DNA of 64,000 nucleotides, from assembly GCA_028534125.1 (NCBI GenBank), contig CM052816.1:2358001-2422000 (forward strand), given 5' to 3'. The notes under the pieces were generated by a model, which did no database searches, was not told where the DNA came from, and saw nothing but the letters and a program-made list of their open reading frames with translations. Made by a program: the position numbers and the translations under genes. The stretch comes from Lama glama (Eukaryota). Positions 39,921-52,735 of this stretch are shown one piece after another. Position 1 is the stretch's first letter, and the number at the start of each line of letters is the position of its first letter.

Positions 39921-40698
39921 GTGCGCGACACCCTGGATAAACACTTGGCAAGGTTTTTCATGATCCCATGCAGCCTTCTCTTTTCCTGGGCTCTCCCTTC
40001 AGCTTTCCTGAGCTCCAGTTTTCTAGAGACCTGGGGAGACAATTCCAGAAACCCTGAGTGAAGCAGTGGCACAGAGGACGTCTTGCCCCTGCGTCTCCAT
40101 CCTTTCTCCCAACTGCACTTCCCCGGTGAACAATGCCTCCTGCAAGCACCTCCGTCTTCCGGGCGTGAGGACCGGCACTGAGGCACCCAGGTTGCTGCCC
40201 TGGTACTCAGTCCTCGTGCTAACCCAGAGCACACGGAGAGCCACGGCTTTTTGTAGAAGTAGCTGGCAGTTAGGGTGGGCCATTTTTTTACTTTATATTT
40301 TGGAAGTGAAAGGGAGGGAGGAAAAAAGAGTGACAAACTGAAAATTCTCACTGTTTTGCAAGCTTTGAGGCTGCAGTTTTCCCAGCAGTATTCAAACTAT
40401 GTGACTTTCCAGTTTTGTTCTGAAATTGAAATCAGATTTGGAGGGACGGTTTTCTGTTCTGTTAAAGACACATACACAGGCTGATATATTATCATTCTTA
40501 GTAAAGTACATGTATATTTCATAACAAAAACTCATTCCAGGCAAGATGAGAGCGCACATTTGCGGCCAGTAGGCAACCAGCATAGCGGTGTGTGGGTGTT
40601 TTTTTTCCATCCTTTTTTTTTTTTTTTTCCCCTCCTCTCTCTCGCTCAGTGAGAAGTTTGGACGCAGAACGATTGACTCTTGTCTTCTCTTTCCACAG

Positions 40699-40730
40699 CG
40701 ATATCTGGCATGATTGTTCCTCCCATGTGA
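40699..40730 (+). CDS. EBF1: EBF1 last coding exon (~exon 16), coding part
   Basis: Acceptor tcttctctttccacAG. Encodes (A)ISGMIVPPM followed by TGA at 40728-40730, the canonical EBF1 C-terminus. Confidence 0.96.
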
Positions 40731-41386
40731 AAGAATTGCCTTGAAGAATTTTATTAATGAAGAGGTTGGATTCTGCTACAGAGAGTAATCTGATACAAGT
40801 CCCAGAGTGGAACTTTTAACTCAGGCCTTTTTAAGAGGAATCACAATAACTGCAGATTTTTAAACAAACAATATCACCGACCTTGCAGATACTGAAATTG
40901 GAAGGGGTCTGCGAACGCAGGGTGTTGGTTACAGTTGTACCTCCCAAGTCCTTGGGGATATATTTATTCTGTGTTGATAAAAGCAAATCCACTTTTTCTT
41001 TCTTTTTTTTTTTTTAAGCTTAACTCTGCAATCATTTGTCTTTTATAAACCATAAAGCTGTATACAAGGGACACTATAAATAAGACTCCACATTTTAATT
41101 TATGATGTTTTTAAAGCTGTGTAAAAGGAGAATGAAGTGGTGATATTTACAAAAAAGGTAAAAAAAAAAAAAAGCAAAAAAAAGCAAAAAAAAAAAAGCT
41201 TGTATGGGACAGAATAGGAATGCCAGTTAGATTTTTTAGAAAACTAAGGGTCGGCTTTTGCGCCTTAAAGCATATCAAACGGTAGTTACTCGGACAGTGC
41301 ATTTCCAATATCTAACTTAACATGCCATCCCTTAGCAGTGCAAGCTTATTTATCTCTTTTGTATTGTTGTCTTAAGTAACTGTGTA

Positions 41387-41392
41387 AATAAA
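41387..41392 (+). terminator. Candidate proximal polyadenylation signal AATAAA
   Basis: Canonical hexamer ~660 nt after the stop, with upstream TGTA and a downstream T-rich stretch. Confidence 0.4.
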
Positions 41393-43865
41393 TGCAGCCT
41401 GGAAAGTTAAAAAGTGATGTAAGTGATCAAATTTTTCCCCTTCTACTCAAAAACCCAGTGCCTCTAGATAGATGTTAAAATTGCATATTTAAACCTGATT
41501 ATCACGCTCTCTTTTGCTTGTGTCAACTTCCTCTGAAGCTGATGGCCTCTCGAGACCTGGTTGGCACCCAGACTGTGTGAGCACCTCCTTGGAGACTCCA
41601 TGGGACAGTGTCAGGCACAGGGTTCCACGATGCACCCTCCAAGTGGCAAACGCCAAAAGCCCACTTAACACTCCGCCATCTCCACGTTTCACGTTTACTC
41701 ATCTTAAATGCTGACTTCACACCAACACTCCAAAAGCTGACAAAAGCTACACGGCAGATCTTTCAGATTTCCTATTCCAGACAGCGCCTCTATCAGTCGA
41801 CCCTTATCATTTGTAACTTCGTAGCTTAAAACGACAGATTAAGGGTTTTGGAAATAAGAGTAAAAGGAAACCGGGAGAAAGGAGCAGAAAGTTGAGACTT
41901 CCAAACATAGTTTTCTGTTCGATGGGAATTTTTGCTTTCATTATCTGGGAAGGGTTCTTACAAATAGGAATTAGTAGCAGAGATGCCGCAAAGCTCTGAG
42001 GATGCATCTGCCCGATACTTCTTTTCTTTGCTGTTGTGTTTTTGTATGTAGTTATAAATACTGTAGATTTTTGTGATTTTTTGCCAAAGTTGTTGTTCTA
42101 TTTATACATTTTAATGTCTTAAGACAGTTTTTCAATATCACACAAAAATTTTACTGCATATTTTGCAAAGAAAAAAAGCTCACTACCTTTAGCTTGCACA
42201 TACTTGCGAAGTTAATTAAAAGGCTTTTTGTTTTAAAGGGGATTTTGTAAGATATCCATATAAATAATGTATTTATCTTTGGAATTTGTACATTGCTTTC
42301 CCCTTCTTCCTCTTCCTCCGGCCCCCAGTTTATTTGATTGTGTACGTTTGCTATGTGAAAAGTGCGGATTGGTTTGGTCTCCTATAGTTGTACTTGCTGT
42401 TTCAATGTGATTTTTAAACATTTCATTTATAGTTATTTTTAGTATTGTTTTAAACCATGCTTCAATTTTTTTTTAATTTTCACCCAAAAGCCATTGTCTA
42501 TTTTTGTATTATTTGTAAGTTAAGAAGTTTTTTCCAATATATGGCAAAAAAAAAATAGTAGCATATTATTCTTGTAGCGTTTAGTTCTGTAGATTAAAAA
42601 AAAATGTATCCTTTGCTTTGGAAGCTTACAGAAAAAAAACCCTAATGCTGTTTTACTCTATTAATATGCATGGAACCTCTCCCTTTGGAGTGACGCATTT
42701 TGCGCATTAAATTCTGGGGAGAAACTTCATAGAAATCAGTGAACATACTTTCTTTCCTAAGTCTGCTTGTATATTTCCTCTGTCTTTCACATAAATATAA
42801 ACCAGCAGATTGGATGCCTTAACAATGCAAATCATATTCGTTTCACTTGTACATTGTAACTGTGCACCAGAACTGTCAGTCATCACTAACATTCTAAGAA
42901 AAAAGAAAAAGAAAAAAGAAAAAAAAAAAGAAATCGAAAAGCACAAAAGAACTGTTTTGTTACCTTAAGACAATGTAACTTTTTCTAGTAGAGCAAGAAA
43001 TTTACAACAATGCTGCAACTGTGCATGCCCCCATATGGACTTTGCAATGGTTTTCACTAGACTGTCAGAGTGCGATTTTTATGGGTTGGGGCGGGTGGGG
43101 GAGGGGTGTTGCGGGAGGGAAGGGTGGGGAGGAAAGCTGATTTTTCTTGGTGAGAAATAATAATAATGATTAATAATAATAATAAAACTGGAAAATGTAA
43201 GCAAGGTGGACGCGTTGCTTCTCGGTACTCAGAAAGGTTGTCTGAATTGGTGTGGTAAGTGCTGGCCTGAAGATGTGTACAATTTAAAGCCATATTTTGT
43301 CTGGTGAGCCCCTTAACCGTTTGTGAAGGACCGGTCAGCCCGTGAGGTGTCCGGCTCAGACCCTGACAACAAACGCCACCCATTGTCAGCCATGTGTAGT
43401 GGTTAGAACTTTTCTTGAAAGTCCAAAGAGCCTTTAAAATGTGCATACTAATTTGTGTTTCATTGCCTCTATTTATCCCGATTAGATGAAAAGACGTTCT
43501 GACCCTCTGACCCTCTTTCTTCAACACAAAACTTTTACAAGTAAAAAAATTGTTCCCCTGAATACAGAATATGGCTTTAAGAAGAAAGTGAAATAAGAGA
43601 ATTAAATTAAGATATCAGTTTTGGGGGAAAAATACAGCTTCTGGATGACTGGATTGCATAACCTGCCCTGGCCTCACATTGTACTAGGATGCAGCTTAAC
43701 GAAGTCATCTCTAAATCTAACCTTTCACCTTCTTATCAAACTTTTGGAATCGACACACACTGTACAGTTCAATTGTTAGAGAACCTAACTACTGTAGAGA
43801 TTGTTATAATTTTTTTTTTTGCAAAAATTCAAGCTGTAAAAACTTTTCAACTTTCACAATATTTA

Positions 43866-43871
43866 ATTAAA
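43866..43871 (+). terminator. Probable distal polyadenylation signal ATTAAA
   Basis: ATTAAA with upstream TGTA motifs and a U-rich run, downstream ggttgtgtattcatttctctgttt, and a change in base composition just after it. Confidence 0.65.
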
Positions 43872-44096
43872 GTTACTTCCTGTCTGTGATTGAAGCTCCT
43901 GGTTGTGTATTCATTTCTCTGTTTCGGATGAGCCCAAGTCCAACGTAATGTAAAAGGTCTGTGGTTCCAATTACTCAGACCACTGTTGACACCGAGAGAA
44001 ACGCAGTCAGGGTGGTCCTGGGACACCCACTTTCCCTCTTGGTCAGTCCTTGGGGATTTGCTAATCTGGGATGCAAATTGAACACGCACAGCGTAC

Positions 44097-44115
44097 TGCT
44101 GCCCTCTGCTGGTAG
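44097..44115 (-). promoter_or_regulatory. CTCF-binding motif
   Basis: Minus strand reads CTACCAGCAGAGGGCAGCA, a full match to the core CCASYAGRKGGCRS. Confidence 0.65.
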
Positions 44116-45074
44116 TAGCTGGACACGCAGTGCCCATACTGGCCCAAGGAGGAGCCAAGAGCCCCAACGATTTCACCAGGCAAGCGATGAGATCCCCCTG
44201 AAGGGACTGAATTGTGAATCCAGGCTCTGGCCACTCGGAAAGCCATCCTCCGCGCTGCAAGTCTGAACCAAGCTCTTCACACACAGCTGCTAATTAATCC
44301 CAGTGAGCCTTCTGGTCAATTAATTACGTGCCCTGGCTCACTGATGACGAGGAACACGTGTGAACACAGAACCTTCCATGATCTATAGTTTTAAATCCCA
44401 TGTGGATACACTTTTTCCTGTCAGATAAAACCAAGTGTATCTGGAGTCAAACATGCCACAAACACCCAATAGATACACCCTCCCGGTGAAACTGTTTCAC
44501 TTTAAATTCCATCATCGTCGTAAGTCTTTCCAGTTGCACATCCAATGGTTTCCCTACTTTTGCAATTACTAGACATGATAAGGTTAATGACGCTTGTAAA
44601 ATGCCTTGAAAACTCAGCAAATAGGCCACAGACCGACGGAAACCTGATGACCACAGCTAACAGGGTGCCATACAACCACCATCACGATCATTCATGGTGT
44701 GCATCACTGATACACTTTTGCTCTGGAATAGAGCCCAATCTGAGGTAATTAAAGGGTGCAGCAAATAAGTTAATAGGTAGAGAAGCTATCAACCTTTTCT
44801 TGAGAAGAAACCTGTGATTAGCTTGGTCATTCAATATACAGTTTTGCAATTCTGTATTAGGTACAGGTCTCTCTGTATCAGATGCAGAAGGAAAAAAAAA
44901 ATGAAGACGAGGCTCCTGCCCTCAGGATGCTCACAATCTCAGACAAGACAAATCTATACCCAAAGGAGTCTAGAAAGTCTAGGGCTAGCCAGTCATGTCA
45001 CAATGCTCCACAGAGTAAAACGGACATCCTCACATCTACACACTGGTTTCTACTTTCATTAAGACCTCTTTCCT

Positions 45075-45520
45075 GGAAGCATTCATTCATCATCCATTCA
45101 CATAAGCCTTGAGGGTTTATGTATGGATCTGGCGCAGGGCAGGTGTGGCAAATCCCCTGGCAAGCGCAGCCACACTGGTCCTGCCCTCAGAGGGTGTACA
45201 GTCGAGTGAGGAAGGCGGACATTAAGCAACCATACAAATCTGTACTAACAAACCAAGAAAAAAGTCAAGAATGTTCCAAAAGTATATTACAGTGGGATCT
45301 GATCCAACCTGAAGGGTTGGGGAAGGTTTCCAGAGAAGGTGACCCTTAGCTGAGATGTGAAGGACGAGGTACGCGGGGGGGGGGGGGCACACGAGCAGAG
45401 GGAACGAGGGCAGGTGTAAGACTCTGAGCTTTGGGGCTGGACATGGCGCATTCAAGAACAGAAAGGCGGTGTGTGTAGACCATGCAGATGTGCCAGGTGG
45501 CACCGCGCAGCTTGGGAAGG
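45075..45520 (-). mobile_element. L2 LINE fragment
   Basis: cattcattcatcatccattca tail; ggtcctgccctcagagggtgtacagtc; ggaaggtttccagagaaggtgacccttagctgagatgtgaagga. Confidence 0.75.
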
Positions 45521-46699
45521 TCAATTCAGAACACGTCCCGACACCTATTCTGTGCCTGGCACTGGACTAGGTGCGAGGATGCACTAGGCAAACCAGGCGT
45601 CGGTCCAGCCCTTGGTGCCTAAAGCCCAGCTCACACAGAAGCTCACTGCCCCGCGTCCACCCACAGGGGCCGTGCTGGTGAAACGCGAAGCCAGGGCAGC
45701 TGGGGTGAAACAGACAAGCAGCACCTTGCCGGCTGCACTCAAGTCATTCTCAGGAGGGAATATGGCCCCCGTGATGCTCAGCTTTCATTTTCTCAAGAGG
45801 GAGAGGGAGGGAATGCTAGATATATTATCAAATTTTTTTTTGGTGCAAAATTTCATTTTTAAAATGTCATCTAATCCAAAAATAGTACTTTCAAAACACT
45901 GCATTGGGGGAAAAAACAGTTCACGAGCCACTAAGAATGTCAGTTTGGGACTTCTGGCCAAATGACGAGTTACTGAAGGAGATGTTCACACAGCCTGATT
46001 TGAGGGTCCCACTGCTATGTGCTGGCCGTGGGGATCGAGGAGCCTGCAAAGAAGGGTGGGCCTGAGTGGTGCAAATAGACACTCTCCGGGCAGATAAAGG
46101 CAAGGAGTGCGTGGAAGGCCCTGCTCAACGCCTTTGGAGCTGGTTCTGTCAGAAAAAAAATAAAATGAATCAAAAGGAACAGGAATATGGGAAAATGGAA
46201 TACACAGTTGTGAAAAATTCCCTGTATGCTACAGTAGCCATGTTCAATGGGAAATATATTGATCAGCTTTTTTTTTTTAATATCCTTTTGCTTTGCCAAA
46301 ACACTCTCATGAGCAAGTTCAGTTTTAAACAGACTTTCAGAGAAGTAAACTTCTTCCAGCACACCACGCTCCTGGCCGTGTCGCCCGGCAGGCTCCACAT
46401 CGCTCACATCCTCGGTGTTGCTCTTGGCATTACCATCCTCTCTGACATCAGTCTCTCCTCCCTCAATATTACTTTCTGATCAGCCTACACACATTATCCC
46501 GTCTTAAAGAAAAAGGCAAAACGACTTTGACCTCATTTTGCTCTCAGTCTGCCCACCGTCTTTCTGCTCTGCTTTATAGCAAGTCCGCTCTAAGGAGCTG
46601 CCTGTGTCTGTCTTTTCCTCTTCATCTCTATTCTCTTGTTATACGTACAATAGGTGTTTCCTGGAATGACGAACAGTGGGGCGTCTTACAGATTGTAAA

Positions 46700-47190
46700 C
46701 AAGGGATCAAACGTGTATTTTAGGCGTATCCTGGTAGCTACATAGAGAATGAACTGGAGAGAGGCAGAGAGAACAATTAGAAGCCATTGCAATGGGCGAG
46801 GCAAGAAATGAATGAGAAACGAACACCTTGGACCAGAAGAATGGCAAGGAAGGACACGGGCAGAATTAGGCATATTTAGTATTGTGATTATAGTCAACAA
46901 CACTGTGCTGTACCCTTCAAAGCTGCTAAGAGGCTAGGTCTTAAATATTCTCACTACAAAATGAAGTCATAATTACGGGAGGTGATGGAGGTGTTCGCTA
47001 ATGCTAGGGTGATAATCATGTTTCAACTAACATGGACACCCGAAACTTACACAATGTTAGGTCAATTACAGCCCAACAAAAAATATTTAGGGGCAGACCA
47101 CCAGGATTTGGTGATTGATGCAATGTGGGGATTGAAGAAGAGGGAAAAAAATCAAGATAAAACTCAGTTTTCTGACTGGGGCTCCGACTA
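46700..47190 (-). mobile_element. L2 fragment interrupted by an L1
   Basis: gaactggagagaggcaga...aattagaagccattgcaat...caggatttggtgattgatgcaatgtgggg...aatcaagataaaactcagttttctgactggg. Confidence 0.65.
46880..47082 (+). mobile_element. L1MA-type 3' end inserted in the L2, 8-bp TSD
   Basis: gtgattatagtcaacaacactgtgctgtac...aagctgctaagagg...cttaaatattctcac...aaacttacacaatgttaggtcaatta. ATATTTAG occurs at 46872-46879 and 47083-47090. Confidence 0.75.
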
Positions 47191-49110
47191 GTAAAGAAAT
47201 GGTTGATTTCTCTCTTTGGGCTGTTTCCCTGCTACTAACCTATGGAGCTTGATGGTGAAATCTCTTCCTCCTGTTTCCTCTGCTTTCCTTCCCTCTTCCA
47301 AGTCTGATCCTCTTCTCCAGAGGCTTCTATAATTACATTAGAATGAAATTCAGTTTCCGGAACTAGAAATATTTTGCTGCCTTTTTTTTTTTTTTAAACT
47401 TAAGCATCAAGCAGTTTTATCTCTTCTCTCTGGAGAGTTATGCTACAGTGGGACTGATTTTTATCTACTCCGCATACTTTTTTCCCACTGATTGTAGAAT
47501 TTCCACATTCTATATTAAGAACGAACGTTCTGAGCCCTGGAGTGAACCACAGGACCGAAAGCCGGCTTTCTGAAGGACACGTCTCACACAGGCAATTAGG
47601 CTATGAGGAGAATCCAGTCCTCCGCAAAGGAGTCAACAGAAAGGAGGGGGCCCCACTGAAGGTGGCTCATTCCGTAACACAGATTTGGGTGGAATCAGAA
47701 TCAGGAGAGTAGTGGCCATAAAATCAGGGATGGTAAGAAGAAATGAACTAGAACCAAGCAACAGCCATTCCTTCTCTAACTCCTCTGTCTCTTCAAGGTC
47801 CTATTCTTACCAAGGGCCTCCTCTGTGTCAAGCATTGTGCTGAGGCCCAGGGACTTGATTGTCTTAAACAGACCCATTTCCTCCCCCATTCCCACCTAGG
47901 GACGACACAGGATTGACTCAACCAACCATACAAGCATCATTTCACTGTCATAAATGCTGCTGTAACCCTAATGCATCTGAGCAAGCATGAGGCTCCAACT
48001 TTGCACACATTCAAAACTACTTCAACACCCACATTTAATTATAAAGAAACAGACTCCTTGTTAATAATGTTCCTTGTTAATAATGTTTGACCTGTTATAT
48101 TTTGAGGGGCAAGAACAGGGAGCCTTGAGTACATACAGCAAGATGCACGGATCCGCCCACGTTTGAGACAAGACCTGGAGGAGCAGGAGTTAGCGGGGCA
48201 AAGCTGCGGGGTGGGGTGGGCGGAGAGATCACTCCAAATGGAAGCGACAGGCCACCCAGAGCGGAGGACTGGTGCCCTTCGAGGCTTGCTCACAGAATGC
48301 TCCTCCTCCTCAGCTCACTCCTCTGTCATGTCCTTTTTCTCGGCTTTCTCTTCTGCTAAACCTTCACCCTTCCTCCTGCCTGCCCTACGAATTCACTGCG
48401 TGGGATTCTGGGGATGTGGCCAGCTTTCCCTTAATCCTGTAAAAGCAGCTGCAACCAGATGAAAGGTTATGTGTCCCCAGTGTTGCTCTTTAGAATTTGC
48501 AGGTAGACATTCCTACCCTACATTTCAAGCCCTCGAAGAAACCACCACAGCCCAAAGTGCTCAACTGAGAAGGCCCCCACGGAGCTCCCATTTTCCCCCC
48601 ACAAGCACGGAATACCATGGCAATCCTCTTGTCCAGGAAGTCAGGGAGATGGTATTAATGGCACCTGGCATTCCCTTGTTGGTGATATTCTATTAACTTG
48701 ATAGAAATGTGTTTGTTCAGTTCTCACAATGGTCATGACACAGGGGTGTAATGATCTTCAACTGAAAATGGAATGCTCACCTACTTTGTATGAGGACAGA
48801 GGGTCCCCACTGGACCTTGAAGGCCATTGTTTAAGACATGCAGACACAAGAAGTTAGCGTATCTATGGGATGAATTAACCCAATAATCAGTATCTACCGA
48901 AAATGACTTCAAAAAAAGAAATCATTGGAATTTTCTCACCCTCAGCTGCTCATCTATTAAAAAGAATTGACAATAAGAGTATTTATCTTAAGAGATAGCT
49001 AAGAAGATGATATTAAGTAAGCCACATAATGAGCTGTCTGTCAGTGCCTGGGACACACGAGCCACTCTGTCAGCATTAGAGATTGTGATTCCATTGTGTG
49101 CATGTGGGTG

Positions 49111-49161
49111 TGGATGGATGGATGGATGGATGGATGGATGGATGGATGGATGGATGGATGG
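49111..49161. repeat. (TGGA)n tetranucleotide microsatellite, ~12 units
   Basis: Read directly from the sequence. Confidence 0.95.
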
Positions 49162-49889
49162 GAGGCGGAGTGGGAGGAAGAGGTGATAGAGATACTGATA
49201 GATTTATCATAACATGTTTAACTGATTTCAAACCAACAGATATCAGGTTGTTTCCTATTTCTTGATATTATATGGAACATTATGATGAACATTCTTGATT
49301 CAAAAAAAAAAAATCCCTGAGTCTTATACTCTGGTACTGGAGTAGGTAACAGGGAGCTCCAGACAGGGAAAAAGAGGAGTCATTCTGCACACTGTCATAT
49401 GCCAAAGGAAGGGGACCCCGGGCAATTACATCTGCAGGGCAAGGACTCAGCATGGATGGTGAAGATGGGTCAGGCCAAAGGCTGCAGATGGGTAACCCAG
49501 GGACATAAGGAAGAAGAGTAAAGAAATACTTAAATGTTGGCATCCATAAATCATTTCATGAAGTGTGACCCTGCCAAGCCCTTTCATAGTTCAAGAAATA
49601 TGAAGGTAACAGGTTTCGGTGAAATAAAATTAGGTGAAATTTAGACATGATTAACAAAGGCATGGAACAGACTACTAGGAGCCTATTGGCATCCAGAACA
49701 AGAAATCTCTTGATCACTTATCTCTTCTTTACTCAGTCACTCAAATATTTAAGTGCCTAGTGTATACCAGTCATCATCCCAGGAGCTGAGTGTGAGAGAA
49801 GCTGGACACGGGCAATATATTCAGCACAAAACAAAAGCAAACTAATAAGCAAACATACAATCACATGCTGAGAAGAGCCCGGTGATGAG

Positions 49890-51540
49890 GGAAACTGGCA
49901 GGATGCCGTCTGCCTCTGCCCCTCACTGACGGTAGGCACGGACATGTGACTTGCTGTGGTCCATGGAGCATCAGCTGACAGGATACAGGCAGACGCTACA
50001 GGTGTGACTCACACTCCAGAGATCTGCCGGCAGGAGAGCTTCCCCCAAGAAGCTGTAGAAACTTCAACCCGGAACCTCATGTGCCCACACATGGAGCAGA
50101 CCAGAGCCCGGCTGCCATCTCAGAGCCGCGCTGCCCTGACCCTTGGCCTGAAGCAGAGTCACCCCACCATGCTGACAGTATCAGCTGTTCCTTGGACCTA
50201 CTGCCCTGCAAATCTGCAAGGGCGAAAATTAATCCTTGCCATGGCTGTAAGCCCTTGAGCTTTGGAGTGATTTTTTTATGTGAAATTATTGTGGCAATGG
50301 CTGACTGACACTGAAATAGACCGTAGATGTGGATACGATTATAAGAAATTATTTTAAAAAATTATTTTAAAACTCAGTGGTGGGTGGTAAAGAAAAAAAG
50401 GGGGGGGAGGTTGAGAGAATAACCTGTGTCATGCAACACTGAAAACATTTAATAAGCATTTAGTAAAACATGTAGTTAAAGTGGTACCTGAGATAATCTA
50501 GACAGGCAGAAGACAGGGTCGGGTAAGGAGATTTGGAAACAGAATATTAAAAGCCGGAGCTGGCTGCAGGTAGCCACGTTTGATAAGATGCTACATGAAA
50601 TTGATGAGCTCAGAAAAGAAACGGTCTGGTTTACAAACACAATTGAGAGAAAATACAGAGAGGTCAGAAAACTGGGGACAGGCTGTGTTGGAAAATGATA
50701 CTGTTTTTCGTCTCTAGACTCTGTATCCAGTAAAATATCTTCAAAGCGAAATACAGCCTGAGGGAAAAGACTGAAAACAAGGACATGGCCATTAAGATAC
50801 AAGCCAGGAACATCGTCTAAGTCAAGAATGTGGCCATCACAGCCTCTGCTAAGACCTCAGAAAGATGAAGTAGTTTCCTTCAGCCAGACAAAGAGGCTCC
50901 TAGAGAGATCGCGCAGACCCCAGAGTGCCCAAGTTAAGAACCACAATTATCTCTAGAAAGAAAGGCGTTTTTGAAAAGCATTATGAGTATGGCTTCAGTG
51001 CACAGAATTCAAGGGAATTAAACACATAATCAGTCCACTCAGTTTTTGAGACAGTTGTATTGGCAATCATGTAGCCATCCTGAATTAGAAGAGACTGTGG
51101 CTATTAGAGATGTAAAACGACATCTGAGTCGCCAACATTTCTAATAGGCAGGAAGCAGGCTGAGAAAGTTTCTCAGTTGCTGATAAGGAGAAACCCTTGC
51201 CTTGCCCTTTCAGAAATGACTAAGGAATAAAGTAAAAAAAAGAAGGGGCCCACAGAAGCCAGAGGCAAGAGATGTGGAAAACAGCTGTCAAGAATCTACT
51301 TCAAAGAGGCAGAATGTGGGTGGAGTACAGTCCCCCAGCCCACGGATGCTGGGTTAGCCACATGACTTGCTTGGACCAATGGAATATTAATGGGTATGAT
51401 GTGCGTGGGAGCCGTGCGGCTTGCTCAGATGGCTTTGGTCCAGCAGCACCGCTGTGGCAAGAGCTGACAGTGCAATTCCGGCTCTGGGATACGATGTGGA
51501 ACATATGAACCTAACGGACTCTGAACACCCAATGTAAACA
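49890..51540 (+). mobile_element. ERVL-MaLR (MLT1-type) remnant: LTR, internal segment, partial second LTR
   Basis: LTR motif tgacttgct..gg.c.atgga at ~49947 and ~51363. LTR end taagcccttgagctttggagtgatttttttatg...gctgactgacac at ~50310. MaLR-internal-like taaggagatttggaaacagaatattaaaag...tgagctcagaaaagaa lies between. Confidence 0.6.
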
Positions 51541-52249
51541 GCTCCTGTTGGTCACCTTCTGCGACATTACCGTTTGTCATGTTTCTTACAGCCCTTTTCT
51601 CTTTCTGGAATTCTTCCATTTACATATCTGTTTATTTGTAAATATTCCTTTTTACTGCCATAGTCGAGTGCCTAGAACTGCTCCTGACACACAGCAATAA
51701 TGGCTAGCTGCCCTTTGATTTAAAGGTCCCTTCTCTATAGTCCTCAAAAGCTTAGACTGCACTGGGGATATGATGAAGACATTTGGTTTCTGCCTTCAAC
51801 CATGCTTCAAAAATACTGGTATAATCAGTGTGAAGAGTATCTTTAATCAGGGATAGTTACAGCTCATTGGGAATACCCATGTGGTACCGGCCCTAATTTG
51901 GTGATTTCTGGACAAAGGCAACAAGTCGAATGATTTCTAAGTGATGATTCAGGAAAATGAGCCATCTAGGAGACCGTCTTCTTGCCTGACTTGTAATGAA
52001 CAGAGGACCACAGTGTTAATTGCAGTATATCCATCTTAAATGTTTTCATTGTTGGTAAGTTGGTCTAGATAGGGCAAAATGATCATTGCTGGAGATAATT
52101 ACGGAAACCGATCAAGTCAAAAGTAGGCACCACGCAATAAACCTTAACTGTAAGGAATAAAACCCAATGAATGACAAGCTTTATTTTTCAGTAGCCATCA
52201 ATGTACCTCTGTTTTTTCTGTCCATGGAGATCGCTCAAGATTGAATGAA

Positions 52250-52735
52250 TTCCTTTATTTATTCAACTGGCTCTATGCTATAGGTGCTGGGAAAACCATG
52301 GTGAGCTAAGCCAGAATGGGTCTTCGCCTTCAAGGAGCTTTTCAACTAGTGGGAGAGGCAGACCATACTAAGGTATACATGTAGCTAAGTACAGTATTTT
52401 GAATGGTTCTAATGCCTACGGAGGAGGACAGGAACCGAAGAGGTCATCTACTTAGAGACCTGACTTCCTCTGCACCATCACGGAAAGCTTCCCCTGAGAA
52501 AACAGTGTTCAAGTTGCGATCTGAAGGATGAATAAGGCAAGAAAGGACATTAAAGTGAGGGTGAGTATCCTGTGCAAAGGACCTGAGGAAGATTAGCGTG
52601 GTTGGAGCAAGGGAAGGGAGGTGAAAGATGAGGCAAGACCCAAACCATGCAGAGTCACGTGCACATCAGTGAAGAGTTTGATTTTTTTTTTCTAGAGAGT
52701 ATTAAAAAAAAAAAAGCCACTGAAAGGTTGCTAAG
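52250..52735 (-). mobile_element. L2 LINE fragment
   Basis: ttcctttatttattcaac...taggtgctgggaaaaccatggtgagc...gccttcaaggagctt...tagtgggagaggcagac...tgtgcaaaggacctgagg...aagccactgaaaggtt. Confidence 0.75.

Larger units (their letters stand above)
40731..43890 (+). other. EBF1: EBF1 3'UTR (~3.2 kb)
   Basis: AU-rich, no recognisable interspersed repeats, follows the stop codon. Ends near ATTAAA at 43866 with a GT-rich downstream tract. The end coordinate is inferred. Confidence 0.8.

Noticed and set aside
41151..41197. A-rich runs in the 3'UTR (also 42898-42933) as retroposon tails or transcript ends
   Set aside because: No upstream element body or TSD. They are genomic A-tracts likely to cause oligo-dT internal priming.
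45921..46479. Opposed 130- and 137-aa ORFs as a processed pseudogene
   Set aside because: No recognisable protein similarity, poly-A tail or TSD.
48055..48087. 16-bp tandem duplication (similar short ones at ~18143 and ~50346)
   Set aside because: Two-copy slippage events, not an array.
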